Assembly: GCA_963817525.1 (NCBI GenBank)
Contig: CAWFOU010000001.1
Span: 1,088,001 to 1,152,000 of the forward strand
DNA from: an uncultured archaeon
GTDB taxonomy: Archaea; Thermoproteota; Nitrososphaeria; Nitrososphaerales; Gagatemarchaeaceae
Direction: 5' to 3'
DNA: 64,000 nucleotides
The translations under genes and the position numbers were made by a program. Below are positions 49,002-59,272 of the stretch, piece by piece. The stretch's first letter is position 1. Each line of letters starts with the position of its first letter. The notes beneath the pieces were generated by a model. That model ran no database searches, was not told the DNA's origin, and saw only the letters and a list, made by a program, of their open reading frames with translations.

Positions 49002-50215
49002 TGCGGACCAACGGGTTCGCCCTCTTCGTGGGCGAGCGCGCGCCTGAGCGAGCCCGTGAGGCGGCCCGAAGGGTGGCCCGGTATTCCAAGGGGGTCGTGG
49101 TCTCCACGGACGGGGAGTTCAGGGAGCTCGCGGGGGCGCGCCTGTCGGGAAAGAAGCAGGTGGTCGTGGCGTACTCGCTCGAGGGAGGAGGCCTCCCGCT
49201 CGTCCACGGGTCCTCGGGAGACGCCGGCGCCCAAGAGGGGGAGTTCTCCATCCTCGGCAGGGGCGCTTCCGGGTTCTACGGGGCGAGGGACGCTCTTGGG
49301 ACGAGGGGGCTCTGGGTTGTGGAGCGCGGACCCGGCGCCGGCTCCATGGCAAGCGACTACCGCCTGTTGCGAAAGGGCGCCGCGCTCCAGGCCCCTGGCA
49401 CGACCTACGCAGGCGGGAAGGCGGAGAAGGCCGCCCGGAGACGCGCGGATGCCCCGGTGCCGCGTTCGTTCGAGGAGGCGGCTCGGGAGCTCGCGTCCCT
49501 CATCGAGGAGGCGGTGAAGAGGCGCGTCCTCGGCCAGGGGCGCGTGGCGGTCTCCTTCTCGGGCGGGCTCGACAGCTCGCTCCTAGCCGCCGTGGCGTCC
49601 AGGCACGCCGAGGTAGTCCTGTGCTCCGCGTACGCCGCGGGCGCGAGGGACGAGAGGCAGTCGGACAGGGCCGCCGCGCTCCTCGGGCTGAGGCTACAGT
49701 CGGAGACACTGGAGGAAAAGTCCCTGGCCAGGGCTGCTCGAAGCGCGGAGCTGCCTCCCGGCGAGTCCACGGCGATGGACGAGGCGCTCTGGTGCATCTA
49801 CTCGGCCGCGAGCCGGCTCGCGGCGGCGAACGGGGCGAGGACGATCATCCTCGGCCAGCTCGCGGACGAGCTCTTTGGCGGGTACATGAAGTACGCCCTC
49901 GCCGCGAAGGGGAAGGGCGCTCAGGAGGCCGAGAGGATGATGCGGGAGGACGTGAGGCGATGCGCCGACAGGGGGTTCCTCAGGGACGAGGCGGCGTGCT
50001 CGGCCTCCTGCGAGGTCAGGTTCCCCTACGCCGACGAGAGGATCGCCTCGTTCGCAGCGGGGCTCCCGCTTGACTATAAGGTCAAGGGCGGGGAGCGCAA
50101 GGCGGTCCTCCGGGCGGCTGCCCTCGAGCTTGGGCTCCCGGAAGAGCTCGCGACCGCGCCCAAGAAGGCGGCCCAGTTCAGCTCGGGCGCGGCGAGGCTG
50201 CTCAAGAGGAGATGA
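49001..50215 (+). CDS. Asparagine synthase-like protein with degenerate amidotransferase domain
   Basis: ARDALG, SFSGGLDSS, GQLADELFGGY, KKAAQF; no N-terminal Cys. Confidence 0.8.
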   Translation: MRTNGFALFVGERAPERAREAARRVARYSKGVVVSTDGEFRELAGARLSGKKQVVVAYSLEGGGLPLVHGSSGDAGAQEGEFSILGRGASGFYGARDALGTRGLWVVERGPGAGSMASDYRLLRKGAALQAPGTTYAGGKAEKAARRRADAPVPRSFEEAARELASLIEEAVKRRVLGQGRVAVSFSGGLDSSLLAAVASRHAEVVLCSAYAAGARDERQSDRAAALLGLRLQSETLEEKSLARAARSAELPPGESTAMDEALWCIYSAASRLAAANGARTIILGQLADELFGGYMKYALAAKGKGAQEAERMMREDVRRCADRGFLRDEAACSASCEVRFPYADERIASFAAGLPLDYKVKGGERKAVLRAAALELGLPEELATAPKKAAQFSSGAARLLKRR

Positions 50216-50259
50216 AAGGCCCCCATTCCTTTTATCGCGGCCAATCTTCCCCCAGGCCC

Positions 50260-50526
50260 ATGACACCAGAAGGACCCGCACCCAAGGGGAAGCTCGTGGG
50301 ATTCAAGCCCCTGCAGGAGACATACTGCTACTACTCGCTGGACGACGGCAGCGTGCTCGGCGTCAAGCCTGTCATGGTCAAGGTTTTCAGGATGTTGGGC
50401 CCCGACGGGCGGCCTGGGAACGGCCCCGACGGCGCGCCTGCCTATTTCTATCAGACGCAGAACGTGACGCAGGTGCTGACGCCTGAAGAGTACAAGGTAA
50501 TGACGAGCCGCGACCTTCAGCAATAG
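50260..50526 (+). CDS. Small hypothetical protein
   Basis: YSLDDGSVL..K motif; TATA-like CTTTTAT at 50229. Confidence 0.6.
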   Translation: MTPEGPAPKGKLVGFKPLQETYCYYSLDDGSVLGVKPVMVKVFRMLGPDGRPGNGPDGAPAYFYQTQNVTQVLTPEEYKVMTSRDLQQ

Positions 50527-50530
50527 CCCG

Positions 50531-51127
50531 GTGGGGGGGCCGCCCGCTGGCCCAAGATATCTGCACGTCCGAGAGCAAAGGCGAAGATACCTCCCGGCCG
50601 AGGACACCTACCTCCTTATGGACGCCCTCAAGGGGTTTGGCGGCGAGTCCTGCCTGGAGATGGGGTTCGGGAGCGGCGTGGTGATCTCCAGCGCATCGGA
50701 GAGGTTCCGACTCGCCGTCGGGACGGAGGTCATGGGGCTCCAAGACGCGAAACTCGCGAAGGGCCCTCGCGTGGAACTGGTCCTCGCGGACCGGGCGACG
50801 TGCTTCCGGGACGGCGTCTTCGACCTCGTGTTCTTCAACCCGCCCTACCTTCCCTCCGCGCAGACGGAGGACCCCGTGGTGGACGGCGGGCCGACCGGCG
50901 TGGAGGTGCCGGTGCTCTTCCTCGAAGAGGCCTTGAGGGTGACGGGTAAAGACGGGACTATAGTCGCGCTCCTCTCGAGCGAAGGCGACCTCAAGTCCTT
51001 CCTCTCCCACTGCGACGACCTCAGTCTAGAAGTCGAGTCGATCATGGAGAAGAAGCTCTTCTACGAGACGCTGTCGGTGTTCACCATAAGGAGAGGCGCG
51101 GCAGCCCGCGCTGGGCGCCAAGGATAA
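50531..51127 (+). CDS. HemK2/PrmC-type N5-glutamine methyltransferase
   Basis: YLPAEDTYLL, EMGFGSG, FNPPY, DGGPTG. Confidence 0.88.
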   Translation: MGGPPAGPRYLHVREQRRRYLPAEDTYLLMDALKGFGGESCLEMGFGSGVVISSASERFRLAVGTEVMGLQDAKLAKGPRVELVLADRATCFRDGVFDLVFFNPPYLPSAQTEDPVVDGGPTGVEVPVLFLEEALRVTGKDGTIVALLSSEGDLKSFLSHCDDLSLEVESIMEKKLFYETLSVFTIRRGAAARAGRQG

Positions 51128-51154
51128 TACCCCCCATTCGGGGATTCTCCTGAT

Positions 51155-52294
51155 TTGCCCCCCAACAAGGTATATCGAGTCCTCATGGCCGCGATGGCCG
51201 TCGTCCTGCTCGTCGCGCCGCCGAGCCTCGCGAACGCCGAATCCTTGGGCTCGTGGACCTCCACGACAAACTACTCTGCGCTCAACGGCGTGTCTTGCAC
51301 CGCAGTCTCTTCCGAAGTCTATTGCGTCGGGGGGGTCGGCGGTGGGGGAAGCAGCCACAACCAGGTCGACTACGCTACCCTGGGCGCCTCCGGGATAGGG
51401 ACCTGGACGTCGACGACCGCGTACCCCACGTCGATCGACAGTGCCTCTTGCGTCAACGCGACGGGCGGGATATACTGTGTCGGCGGAGAGGACGGCGGGA
51501 CCGTCCTGGACGACGTCTACTTCGCCTCTGCGTCCTCTTCGGGAGTCGGGACCTGGACGAGCGAGGCCTCGTACCCGAACTCGCTGGCGGCGATCTCCTG
51601 CGTCGCGTACTCGGGATACATCTACTGCGTCGGGGGGTTCGACAACAATGGGGACGAGACTAGCTCGACATACTACGCCTCGGTCTCCTCCGGACTGACC
51701 TCCTGGACTGGGACGACCCAGTACCCGCTGGCCGTCGACAGCACGTCATGCAACGCCTACGCGGGATACATCTACTGCGTCGCTGGGGAGACGGAGGTCG
51801 GCTCGGACCAGAACAGCCCCGTCTCGAACGTGTACTATGCCCCCCTCAGCTCCTCAGGTATAGGGCAGTGGCAGACTGCGCTGTCCTACCCGACGGCCCT
51901 TGCTGCGCCCGCGTGCGCAACGTACTCGGGCTATCTCTACTGCGTCGGGGGGTTCGACAGCAACCTCTACAGCAGCACCGACACGTATTACGGGGCGGTC
52001 AACTCTTCGGGCGTCGTGTCTTGGTCCAACGCCACGCCGTACCCGATCCCAATCGACACCAGCACGTGCGTGGCCTACGATGGCAGCGTGTACTGCATCT
52101 CCGGGACATCGGACACGCAGAGCGGCCAGTCGGTGGTCGGCTCTTCCTACTACGCGCCCATCTCCGGCGCGGTGACGACCTCAACTACTCCTGAGTTCCC
52201 CGTAGCATTGGCCATCCCGATCATACTGGTGTTAGGCCTGATGGTGGTCGCGGGCCTGAGCCGGATCGGCGGGAAGAAAGCCGGAAAGCCCTAG
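51155..52294 (+). CDS. Secreted Kelch-like beta-propeller with PEF-type C-terminal anchor
   Basis: Six repeats W...YP......C......YCVGG; TPEFP then TM and basic tail. Confidence 0.82.
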   Translation: MPPNKVYRVLMAAMAVVLLVAPPSLANAESLGSWTSTTNYSALNGVSCTAVSSEVYCVGGVGGGGSSHNQVDYATLGASGIGTWTSTTAYPTSIDSASCVNATGGIYCVGGEDGGTVLDDVYFASASSSGVGTWTSEASYPNSLAAISCVAYSGYIYCVGGFDNNGDETSSTYYASVSSGLTSWTGTTQYPLAVDSTSCNAYAGYIYCVAGETEVGSDQNSPVSNVYYAPLSSSGIGQWQTALSYPTALAAPACATYSGYLYCVGGFDSNLYSSTDTYYGAVNSSGVVSWSNATPYPIPIDTSTCVAYDGSVYCISGTSDTQSGQSVVGSSYYAPISGAVTTSTTPEFPVALAIPIILVLGLMVVAGLSRIGGKKAGKP

Positions 52295-53397
52295 AGCCCT
52301 ATGCTGTTGATGGGAGCCCCAGAGTTCCCGTCGAATACGAAGATCAGCTTCGTCCCCTTGTGGTCGTACCTGACGAACCACACAGGTACGTGGAGCAGTT
52401 CGCCGTCGGAGACGTCCATCTGCGTCTGTATCTGCTGGACCATCTTGTGCTGCTCGTGGGCTTTTTGGGACTGGAGCTGGTCGACGTAGGTCTTGGCCTG
52501 GGCCTTTGCGACGTCCTCGCTGATGTCCCCGTTCAGGACCTTTATGCTCTTGTCAATCTTTGAGACGTCGAAGAGCACCCTCTGCGCGAGCGCGAAAGTG
52601 TAGTCCTTGGGTTGGTACTCGGTGAGGTCACGCATGGCGACGACGGGGAAGTTGTAGTTCTGGTCGAGCTGGTAGGTCTTCCTGGCGCCCCCTCCGCCCA
52701 TCCCCATGCCCATCCCGTACATCATCGTCCCCGGCAGCCTTCCCAGGAGGAAGCCGCCCTTCAGCCCGCCTGTCAAGGAGTTCGCCGGACCGAGCAGGCT
52801 CGTCATGTCGAAGGACCGTCTTCTGCCCCCTCCGCCGCCGCCTCCAAAGCCACCCCCCAGGCCCCCCAGTATCACTCCCATCAGCGCAGCGCTGGTCGCG
52901 GTCTGGGCCACCTGCTGCATCTCGTCGATGGCGGTAATCTGGGTCCGGGCCGAGATCGGGATTATCCAATAGGGGATGAAGGTCGCGGTGCACTCCTCGA
53001 GGGTCGATTGCTCCTGGACGTGGTGCTTGAAGACGCCCTTGTCCATCATGTCGTGGATGGACGAGAGGACCTGGTCCTTTGTGAACTTCATGGGGAGCAT
53101 GGTGTGCTTCTGGATGTCCTTCCACCCTTGGTTTCCAAGGGTGATGCTCGCGCCGCAGTACTCGCAGGTGATGACCATCTCCCCGAACTTGGGGGATATC
53201 GGGGCGCCGCAGCTCGGGCACTTCAGGGCTGTCGCTCCGGCGGGGGCGATGACCTGCGCGCTGCTCTGCTGAGGGGAGGGCGCCTGCGAGGAAGGCGATC
53301 CGCCCTGACCTCCTCCGCCGGGGGCGACGCTCGCGCCGCACTTGTAGCAGAAGGCCGCTCCGTCGGGCAGTTGGGTTCCGCAGTTGGGGCAGTTCAT
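52291..53397 (-). CDS. Multi zinc-ribbon protein
   Basis: CPNCG, CYKCG, CPSCG, CEYCG; IPYW and VPVW motifs; Gly-rich hydrophobic segment. Confidence 0.75.
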   Translation of the reverse strand: MNCPNCGTQLPDGAAFCYKCGASVAPGGGGQGGSPSSQAPSPQQSSAQVIAPAGATALKCPSCGAPISPKFGEMVITCEYCGASITLGNQGWKDIQKHTMLPMKFTKDQVLSSIHDMMDKGVFKHHVQEQSTLEECTATFIPYWIIPISARTQITAIDEMQQVAQTATSAALMGVILGGLGGGFGGGGGGGRRRSFDMTSLLGPANSLTGGLKGGFLLGRLPGTMMYGMGMGMGGGGARKTYQLDQNYNFPVVAMRDLTEYQPKDYTFALAQRVLFDVSKIDKSIKVLNGDISEDVAKAQAKTYVDQLQSQKAHEQHKMVQQIQTQMDVSDGELLHVPVWFVRYDHKGTKLIFVFDGNSGAPINSIGL

Positions 53398-53402
53398 GGT
53401 GA

Positions 53403-54563
53403 TCAGAACTTGGTCCCGCAGTTGGGGCAGAACTTGGGCGACCCTGTTATCGCCGTCCCGCAGTTGGGGCAGAACTTCGGGGTCGTCCCCGTCGCGCCCT
53501 GCTGCTGGGGCTGCTGAGGCGATTGCTGCTGGGCCTGCATCGGGGAGCTGGGCTGAACCGCTCCGCAGTTGGGGCAGACCGCGCTGTTGATCGGGATGAT
53601 AGAGCCGCAGTTTGAGCACGACCTCGTGGCGCCCTGTCCCATTCCCATGCCTCCCATCCCGCCCATCATGGCCTGGCCGAACATCCCGCCGACCCCGACA
53701 CCCGCGCCCAGGCCGACGCCGAGCCCTGCGCCGACGCCAGCGACCCCCGAGGAGTTCTTGGCAGCGTCGGTCATCGCCTGGCCGGCCTGATACTGGAGGT
53801 AGTTGACCCCGAGCACCTGCATCTGCGACCTGGTGTCTATCGCCTTCTGGACCTCGTCTGGTAGGCTGATGGTGAGCCCGGATATCTTGTTGATCTCGAT
53901 GCCGTACTGCCCGACGTTGTCGGAAGAGGTGGCGAGCACCATCTGCTCGACGTTGGTGAGGTTCCCCGCAAGGTCGGTGACCTTGAGGCCCTGGGCCTTC
54001 ATCTTCCCGAGGGCGTTGTAGACGAGGATGACCATCTGCTCCTTGATTCTGTCCTCGACGTCGGACGAGGTCTCGGCGCTGAAGGTGCCCACGAACTGGT
54101 TGATGAAATTCTCAGGCGAGGAGACCCTCCACCTGTACTCCCCGAAGACCCTCAGGCTCACAATCCCGAAGGTCGGGTCGGTGAACTGGTAGGGCTGGGT
54201 GCTCCCGAACTTGCCGTCCATGAACCTCTTCTGTAGGTAGTAGACCTCGGCCTCCTGCACGACCCCCGTGAAGTACTTCAGGAGGTTCCCGACGATGGGA
54301 GCGTTGAAGTCGGTCAGCGCGTACCTATTGGGCTGGTCGAAATAGGTGAGGACCTTTCCGTCCCTGTAGAAGACTGCTATCTCGTCCTCCCTCACGACGA
54401 TGTTGTCGTTCAGCCTGATGTTGCGCGGGACCTTCCACATCACGTTGTTCTGCTTATCCGCGTCGTCCCACGCTATCGTCGTCGAGCCGAGGACGCTCCC
54501 GCCCGTGGCTGGGACAGAGCCGTTGCCGCTCGCCGCGGGCTTCTTCCCGAATAGGCTAACCAT
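53403..54563 (-). CDS. SPFH/band-7 protein with C-terminal zinc ribbons (YdjI-like)
   Basis: VVREDEIAVFYRDGK, LRVFGEY, LPDEVQKAID, GAGLGVGLG, FCPNCG repeats. Confidence 0.85.
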   Translation of the reverse strand: MVSLFGKKPAASGNGSVPATGGSVLGSTTIAWDDADKQNNVMWKVPRNIRLNDNIVVREDEIAVFYRDGKVLTYFDQPNRYALTDFNAPIVGNLLKYFTGVVQEAEVYYLQKRFMDGKFGSTQPYQFTDPTFGIVSLRVFGEYRWRVSSPENFINQFVGTFSAETSSDVEDRIKEQMVILVYNALGKMKAQGLKVTDLAGNLTNVEQMVLATSSDNVGQYGIEINKISGLTISLPDEVQKAIDTRSQMQVLGVNYLQYQAGQAMTDAAKNSSGVAGVGAGLGVGLGAGVGVGGMFGQAMMGGMGGMGMGQGATRSCSNCGSIIPINSAVCPNCGAVQPSSPMQAQQQSPQQPQQQGATGTTPKFCPNCGTAITGSPKFCPNCGTKF

Positions 54564-54584
54564 GATGCGATCTCTCCTGAAGGC

Positions 54585-55133
54585 TCACTGCTTCACCAAT
54601 ATACCCTTTACCGCTTCCATCCTCACGCCCCACTTTTGTTTGAAGTCCGTCATGGCCGCGCCCACGCGCGCGAGAGGCGCCATGACGGAGGCTGGGCTGG
54701 CGGGGTCGTACGAAAGGTTGGGGGGAGAGGTCGCCGTGACCAGGTCGAACGCGGCAGCGACAAAGTCATAGTCGTAGTCGTACAGCTGGTTGAGCCTGGT
54801 CTGGTCGATCGTCACGCTGGCGACCCAGCCCGAGTAGCCCTGCTCGGCGTGCCTCACCTCGCCCGCAATCTGCTGCAGCTGGGAGATGAGCGACCCGACG
54901 TTGGTCAGGTTGGAGTAGTCTCCGGCGGTGGCCATCGCCTTCCTTGTCGCCTCGAGGTTCGCCTTGGCCGCGAGGAGCTTGTCCGCGACCTGGTTGCGGA
55001 GCATCGCGTCCGCGACCCTGAGGTCGTCGAGCTTCCTGTAGTTCCTGAGGCCCGGGATGAGAAGCTCGAGGTCCTTCTGGGGACCCCTGCTCGCGTCAAC
55101 CTGGCTCCTGATGTCTGGATTATCCTGCGACAA
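54585..55133 (-). CDS. Helical hypothetical protein, first gene of SPFH operon
   Basis: IPGLRNY..., AEQGYSG, LYDYD; co-oriented and closely spaced. Confidence 0.7.
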   Translation of the reverse strand: MSQDNPDIRSQVDASRGPQKDLELLIPGLRNYRKLDDLRVADAMLRNQVADKLLAAKANLEATRKAMATAGDYSNLTNVGSLISQLQQIAGEVRHAEQGYSGWVASVTIDQTRLNQLYDYDYDFVAAAFDLVTATSPPNLSYDPASPASVMAPLARVGAAMTDFKQKWGVRMEAVKGILVKQ

Positions 55134-55198
55134 GAACGTTCGACCTTGATGCTTCGCGACTTCGGCTCAGTTATAAAGCCTGTTAGGGGTTCGGGGCT

Positions 55199-56140
55199 CT
55201 ATCGGGCGACCTGTCTCGGGTGCTCGCGCAGGAAGCGGTCCGCGTCGAGGACCGCCTTGCACCCGTCGGCCGCCGCCGTGACCGCCTGCCTGTACTTGTA
55301 GTCCACGACGTCGCCGGCCGCAAAGACGCCCGGGATGCTTGTCTCAGTCCCGTTCTTCGCCTTGATGTACCCGTTGGGCTCCAGCTCGAGCTTCCCCTCG
55401 AAGAGCTTGGTGTTGGGCTCGTACCCGATCGCTACGAAGACGCCGTCGACATCCATCTTGGTCTCCTTGCCCGTCTTGAGGTCCTTGACCTCGAGCCCCT
55501 GGACCTTGCCGTCGCCGATTATCTCCGTGACGACGGAGTTCCAGTTGAATTTTATCTTCGGGTTCGACATCGCCTCGTCGCGCAGGACTGCGCTCGCCCT
55601 GAGCTCGTCCTTCCTGTGTATCACCTGGATGGAGGAGGCGAGGTTGGTGAGGAAGGTGGCCTCCTCCATGGCGGTGTCCCCTCCGCCGACTACGGCCACC
55701 TTCTTCCCCTTGAAGAAGAAGCCGTCGCAGACCGCGCAGTTGGACACGCCCTTCCCCTGTAGCCTGGCCTCAGAGGGGATGTTGAGGCGCCTCGGGGTGG
55801 CCCCGGTCGCGACTATCACCGAGAGGGCGATGACTTTCTCCCCTCCCGAGGTGTCTATCTCGAAGGGGTACCTGTCGAACCTCACTCCGATGACGTCCTC
55901 CTGGATCATCCTGGTGCCTAGGCGCTGGGCCTGCTCCTTCATCTTGTCCATGAGCTCCGGACCGAGGACTGGGTCGGGGAAACCCGGGTAGTTCTCTACC
56001 TCGCTGGTGAGCATCAGCTGTCCGAGGGGGACGCTCCCCATGTACATGACAGGGTGGAGGTTGGCCCTGGATGCGTAGATTGCCGCGGTCAGCCCGGCGG
56101 GTCCCGAGCCTATGATGACCAGCTTCTCCAGCGACTCCAT
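55199..56140 (-). CDS. trxB: Thioredoxin reductase
   Basis: GSGPAG, VENYPGF, CAVCDG, GGGDTA, AAGD..YRQA. Confidence 0.95.
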   Translation of the reverse strand: MESLEKLVIIGSGPAGLTAAIYASRANLHPVMYMGSVPLGQLMLTSEVENYPGFPDPVLGPELMDKMKEQAQRLGTRMIQEDVIGVRFDRYPFEIDTSGGEKVIALSVIVATGATPRRLNIPSEARLQGKGVSNCAVCDGFFFKGKKVAVVGGGDTAMEEATFLTNLASSIQVIHRKDELRASAVLRDEAMSNPKIKFNWNSVVTEIIGDGKVQGLEVKDLKTGKETKMDVDGVFVAIGYEPNTKLFEGKLELEPNGYIKAKNGTETSIPGVFAAGDVVDYKYRQAVTAAADGCKAVLDADRFLREHPRQVAR

Positions 56141-56212
56141 GCCCTAAAATTCCCGAGAGGGGCTCATAAAGATATGCGCCAGGACGGGTGACTAGGTATC
56201 GGCTAAGCTACC

Positions 56213-57316
56213 TCAAATCGGCTCGAAGGCGCGGGGCTGCTGCGTAAAGTCGAAGGCCTCCGCCAGGTTGTTGGCCGCGGCGTCCCTGGTGCTCAGGGGC
56301 GAGAGGCCGAAGCGGTCCTCCACGAACTTCAGTATGGAGGTGTGGTCGTTGGTGGCCTCGTCCAGGAAGCCTTGCTTTGCGAATGGCGAGATGACTAGGC
56401 ACGGGACGCGGAACCCGTAGCCGTACTGGTCGACTTGCGGCGGGGCCACGTGGTCGTAGAAGCCCCCGAAGCAATCCCACGTCACGAAGATTGCAGCCGA
56501 GTCCCAGTGGGCGCTCCCACCGACGTTGTTCACGACGTCGTCCACCACCGAGTTCTGCCCGGCCTGGACGCTGCCCGAGGGGTGCTCGTTTCCCCCGGGC
56601 GCTCCGATTATCCAGGAGACCTGGCTCAGGGCATCGTCCTCGACATCGGTCGCGAACTGGCTCGCGGGGAGGAAGTTCTTCTTCGCGGTGGGCGAGTTCT
56701 GCACGTACCCGAAGTTCTGGAGCCACGTGGACGTGGAGCTGTACACCTTCCATGAGACGCGCTTCTGGTCGAGCTGCTCGAATATCGGGGGGAAGCTGAT
56801 CGTCTTGGGGACCGTGTCGTCGATGATCCCCCCGCACGTCCCGGCGACCAGGGACAGGTGGTTCGGGAGGCTCTCGCTCATGACCGACGAGAAGTAGCCC
56901 TCGCAAAGGACGTACTGCTGGGCCGCGTTCCAGTATCGCGGGATGTCGCTCTGGTCGAAGTAGCCCATGGTGGCCTGGTTCCCCTCCGAATACACAAAGC
57001 CGTCCATCTTCCCGCCGTCGTAGTCCTGGTGGGCTGAGGCCCAGGTGTGGTTCATGTCGACTGGCGTCAGCGTGGGGGAGTGGAACGGGGAGACGCAGGG
57101 GGTCGGAGAGCTTTGCTTCTGGGGCAGGCAGATGCCGCCTGCTAGTCCGTCGGCGCCTGGATACGTGCCGAAGTAGTTGTCGAAGGTGTGGTTCTCCTGG
57201 AAGGCCACCACGATGTTGCCTATCGGGGAGAAGTCAGACGGAGGAGGCGCCCTCGCAGAGGTCCTGCCGGTTGGGCCCGCCTTTCCGCCCTTCCGGCGCT
57301 TCGACCTGGGTGCCAT
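56213..57316 (-). CDS. Phosphoesterase/phospholipase C family protein
   Basis: [31 protein letters not shown]. Confidence 0.9.
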   Translation of the reverse strand: MAPRSKRRKGGKAGPTGRTSARAPPPSDFSPIGNIVVAFQENHTFDNYFGTYPGADGLAGGICLPQKQSSPTPCVSPFHSPTLTPVDMNHTWASAHQDYDGGKMDGFVYSEGNQATMGYFDQSDIPRYWNAAQQYVLCEGYFSSVMSESLPNHLSLVAGTCGGIIDDTVPKTISFPPIFEQLDQKRVSWKVYSSTSTWLQNFGYVQNSPTAKKNFLPASQFATDVEDDALSQVSWIIGAPGGNEHPSGSVQAGQNSVVDDVVNNVGGSAHWDSAAIFVTWDCFGGFYDHVAPPQVDQYGYGFRVPCLVISPFAKQGFLDEATNDHTSILKFVEDRFGLSPLSTRDAAANNLAEAFDFTQQPRAFEPI

Positions 57317-57385
57317 GGAGGTTCTGAGCCTGACTTTGCCTAAAAGGATGACCGAGGAATCCTCTTGGCGAGAGCAAGGCCGGAC

Positions 57386-57817
57386 CTAGCTGGCTATGAT
57401 GTAGCCCGTTATCGCAGGGCTCGCCCTGGGGCCGTTGATCACGCTGGGAGGCGTCGAAGGGACGAACATCTTGTAGACTCCGGTTTGAGGGACGGTCAGG
57501 GATATCCGGATCGTGTCGTCCGAGCCTATCGTCTGGTTGATGTTCAGCGCGCTGATCTCGAAGGTGCGCGGCTCGTCGTCGTTGTTGAGGACCGCGAGGG
57601 TGTAGGCCGTGCCGTGGGTCACGGTGATGTTCACAGGGTCGAAGCTGTCCGCCTGGGTGACGGGGTTGCTCTCAACTATGGTGATGTCGATGATGCTAGG
57701 GCCGCTTCCTGGCTTGCCGGAGGTGACGAAGTAGGCGCCCGCCCCGGCCACCACAAGGACGACCAAGACGACGACTATCCAGACAGTCCGGGTGATAGCC
57801 GATCTCTCCGCGAACAA
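57386..57817 (-). CDS. Membrane-anchored cupredoxin-fold protein
   Basis: RSA/IT class III-like signal plus TM; FDPVNITV, N.D, G.Y; Cu ligands absent. Confidence 0.6.
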   Translation of the reverse strand: MFAERSAITRTVWIVVVLVVLVVAGAGAYFVTSGKPGSGPSIIDITIVESNPVTQADSFDPVNITVTHGTAYTLAVLNNDDEPRTFEISALNINQTIGSDDTIRISLTVPQTGVYKMFVPSTPPSVINGPRASPAITGYIIAS

Positions 57818-57875
57818 CGCGCAGTGTAACCCTCCCCTGGCTGATTTTAAGGGTATGGGAACGCCGTGCGACCGG

Positions 57876-58268
57876 CTAGCCGCGCCTCTTCTTGGGAGCG
57901 GCCGCCTCGTCCAGGTAGACGGAGTCGTACTTCTCCTTCTTTGGGACGATGCAAAGGAACTCCGCGTCCTTCTTCCCGGCGTTCTTGTACCAGTGGACGG
58001 TCCCCGCGGGGATGTATAGCGAGTCGCCCGCCTTGACCCTGTGGACTTCCTTGCCTAGGCCCACCTCGTAGTCTCCGGACAGGACGTACTGCTCGTGCTC
58101 GATGTCCGGGTGGTAGTGCCTCGGGATGCTACCGCCCGGCCTTATCCTGAACTTCCTCAGCTCGAAGTTGGGCGCACCGTCGTGCCTGTCGATCAGCCAC
58201 TCTATCTCGGTCTTCACCGCGGTCTCGACGGGCTTGGCTTCGACCTCGCCCTTAGTCTTCACGACCAT
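57876..58268 (-). CDS. Cupin domain protein
   Basis: HYH..EHEQYVLSG, GDSLYIPAGTVH. Confidence 0.85.
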   Translation of the reverse strand: MVVKTKGEVEAKPVETAVKTEIEWLIDRHDGAPNFELRKFRIRPGGSIPRHYHPDIEHEQYVLSGDYEVGLGKEVHRVKAGDSLYIPAGTVHWYKNAGKKDAEFLCIVPKKEKYDSVYLDEAAAPKKRRG

Positions 58269-58371
58269 GGGAGGAAGGGCCGCCCACCCGCCCATTAAAC
58301 GCTTGTCCGGGGAGGTGGGGCTCCGGCGGCGTGCGCCCGCGTTAAATAATTCGGACTCGCAAGGGGCCGAG

Positions 58372-58698
58372 TTGGCAGACGAGCTTCCTCTCGGAATCAG
58401 TGTCCTCACCGGCGGGAGGACGACCATCCCGGAAGAGGTCATGGAGTTCCTGGACTTGAGATATTCACCAAAGGGGCGGCAGAAACTGCTGTGGCTGCAA
58501 GAGGGGACGGACGTCATAGTCAAGAAGGGGACCCTGCAGTCCAGCTTCAGAAAGACGATCCTGACCAGAGGCGGAAAGGCGGCCGTCCCCAAACACATCC
58601 GGGAAGCTTTGGAACTGAGCTACACCTCCGACGGTGAGGAGAGAATCCTGTGGAATCGAAGAGGTGACGACGTCGTTGTCATCAAGGAGAAGTCGTAG
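58372..58698 (+). CDS. Tandem AbrB/SpoVT-like DNA-binding protein
   Basis: Two LT.GG...(I/V)P......L.L repeats. Confidence 0.7.
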   Translation: MADELPLGISVLTGGRTTIPEEVMEFLDLRYSPKGRQKLLWLQEGTDVIVKKGTLQSSFRKTILTRGGKAAVPKHIREALELSYTSDGEERILWNRRGDDVVVIKEKS

Positions 58699-58813
58699 AG
58701 ATGCTGGGTCGTCGACGGTTTTCGAACAGTCCTCACGAGGGCCCGAAAAGTCGATGCGAACGCGGGAACGAACTCGTGAAAGGTAATTAGGCTCTCAGGA
58801 CGACTGGGATCCT

Positions 58814-59272
58814 ATGAAGCCGGCGCAGAAGGGCACTCAAGAGTCCAGCAAGAAGTCCAAGGGATTCACGGATGAGGAAAAGGCCGCGATGAGGGCGCGC
58901 GCTCGAGAGCTGAAGGAGGCAGCGGAAAAGGCGGACGGGGAAAGCGCCGCGCTCGAGGCGATCGCCGCAATGTCGGAACCGGATCGCGCCATGGGCAAGA
59001 GGCTCCACGCCATCATCAAAGCCAGCGCATCATCCCTCTCTGCGAGAACCTGGTATGGGATGCCCGCGTATGCCAAGGACGGGAACGTCGTCTGCTTTTT
59101 CAAACCAGCGGAGAAGTTCAAGACGAGGTACGCGACGTTGGGCTTCAGCGACGAGGCGAACCTCGACGACGGCCAGATGTGGCCGACCGAGTTCGCGCTG
59201 AAGGGGTTGACCGCCGCCGAAGAGGCAAGGATTGCCGCGCTCGTGAAGAAAGCGGTTTCGCTTCAAGGGTGA
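58814..59272 (+). CDS. DUF1801/YdhG-like protein
   Basis: [23 protein letters not shown]. Confidence 0.8.
   Translation: MKPAQKGTQESSKKSKGFTDEEKAAMRARARELKEAAEKADGESAALEAIAAMSEPDRAMGKRLHAIIKASASSLSARTWYGMPAYAKDGNVVCFFKPAEKFKTRYATLGFSDEANLDDGQMWPTEFALKGLTAAEEARIAALVKKAVSLQG

Noticed and set aside
53380-53580. Recurrent CAGTTGGGGCAG resembling CRISPR repeats
   Set aside because: Irregular spacing; these encode CPNCG zinc-ribbon motifs. No cas genes are present.
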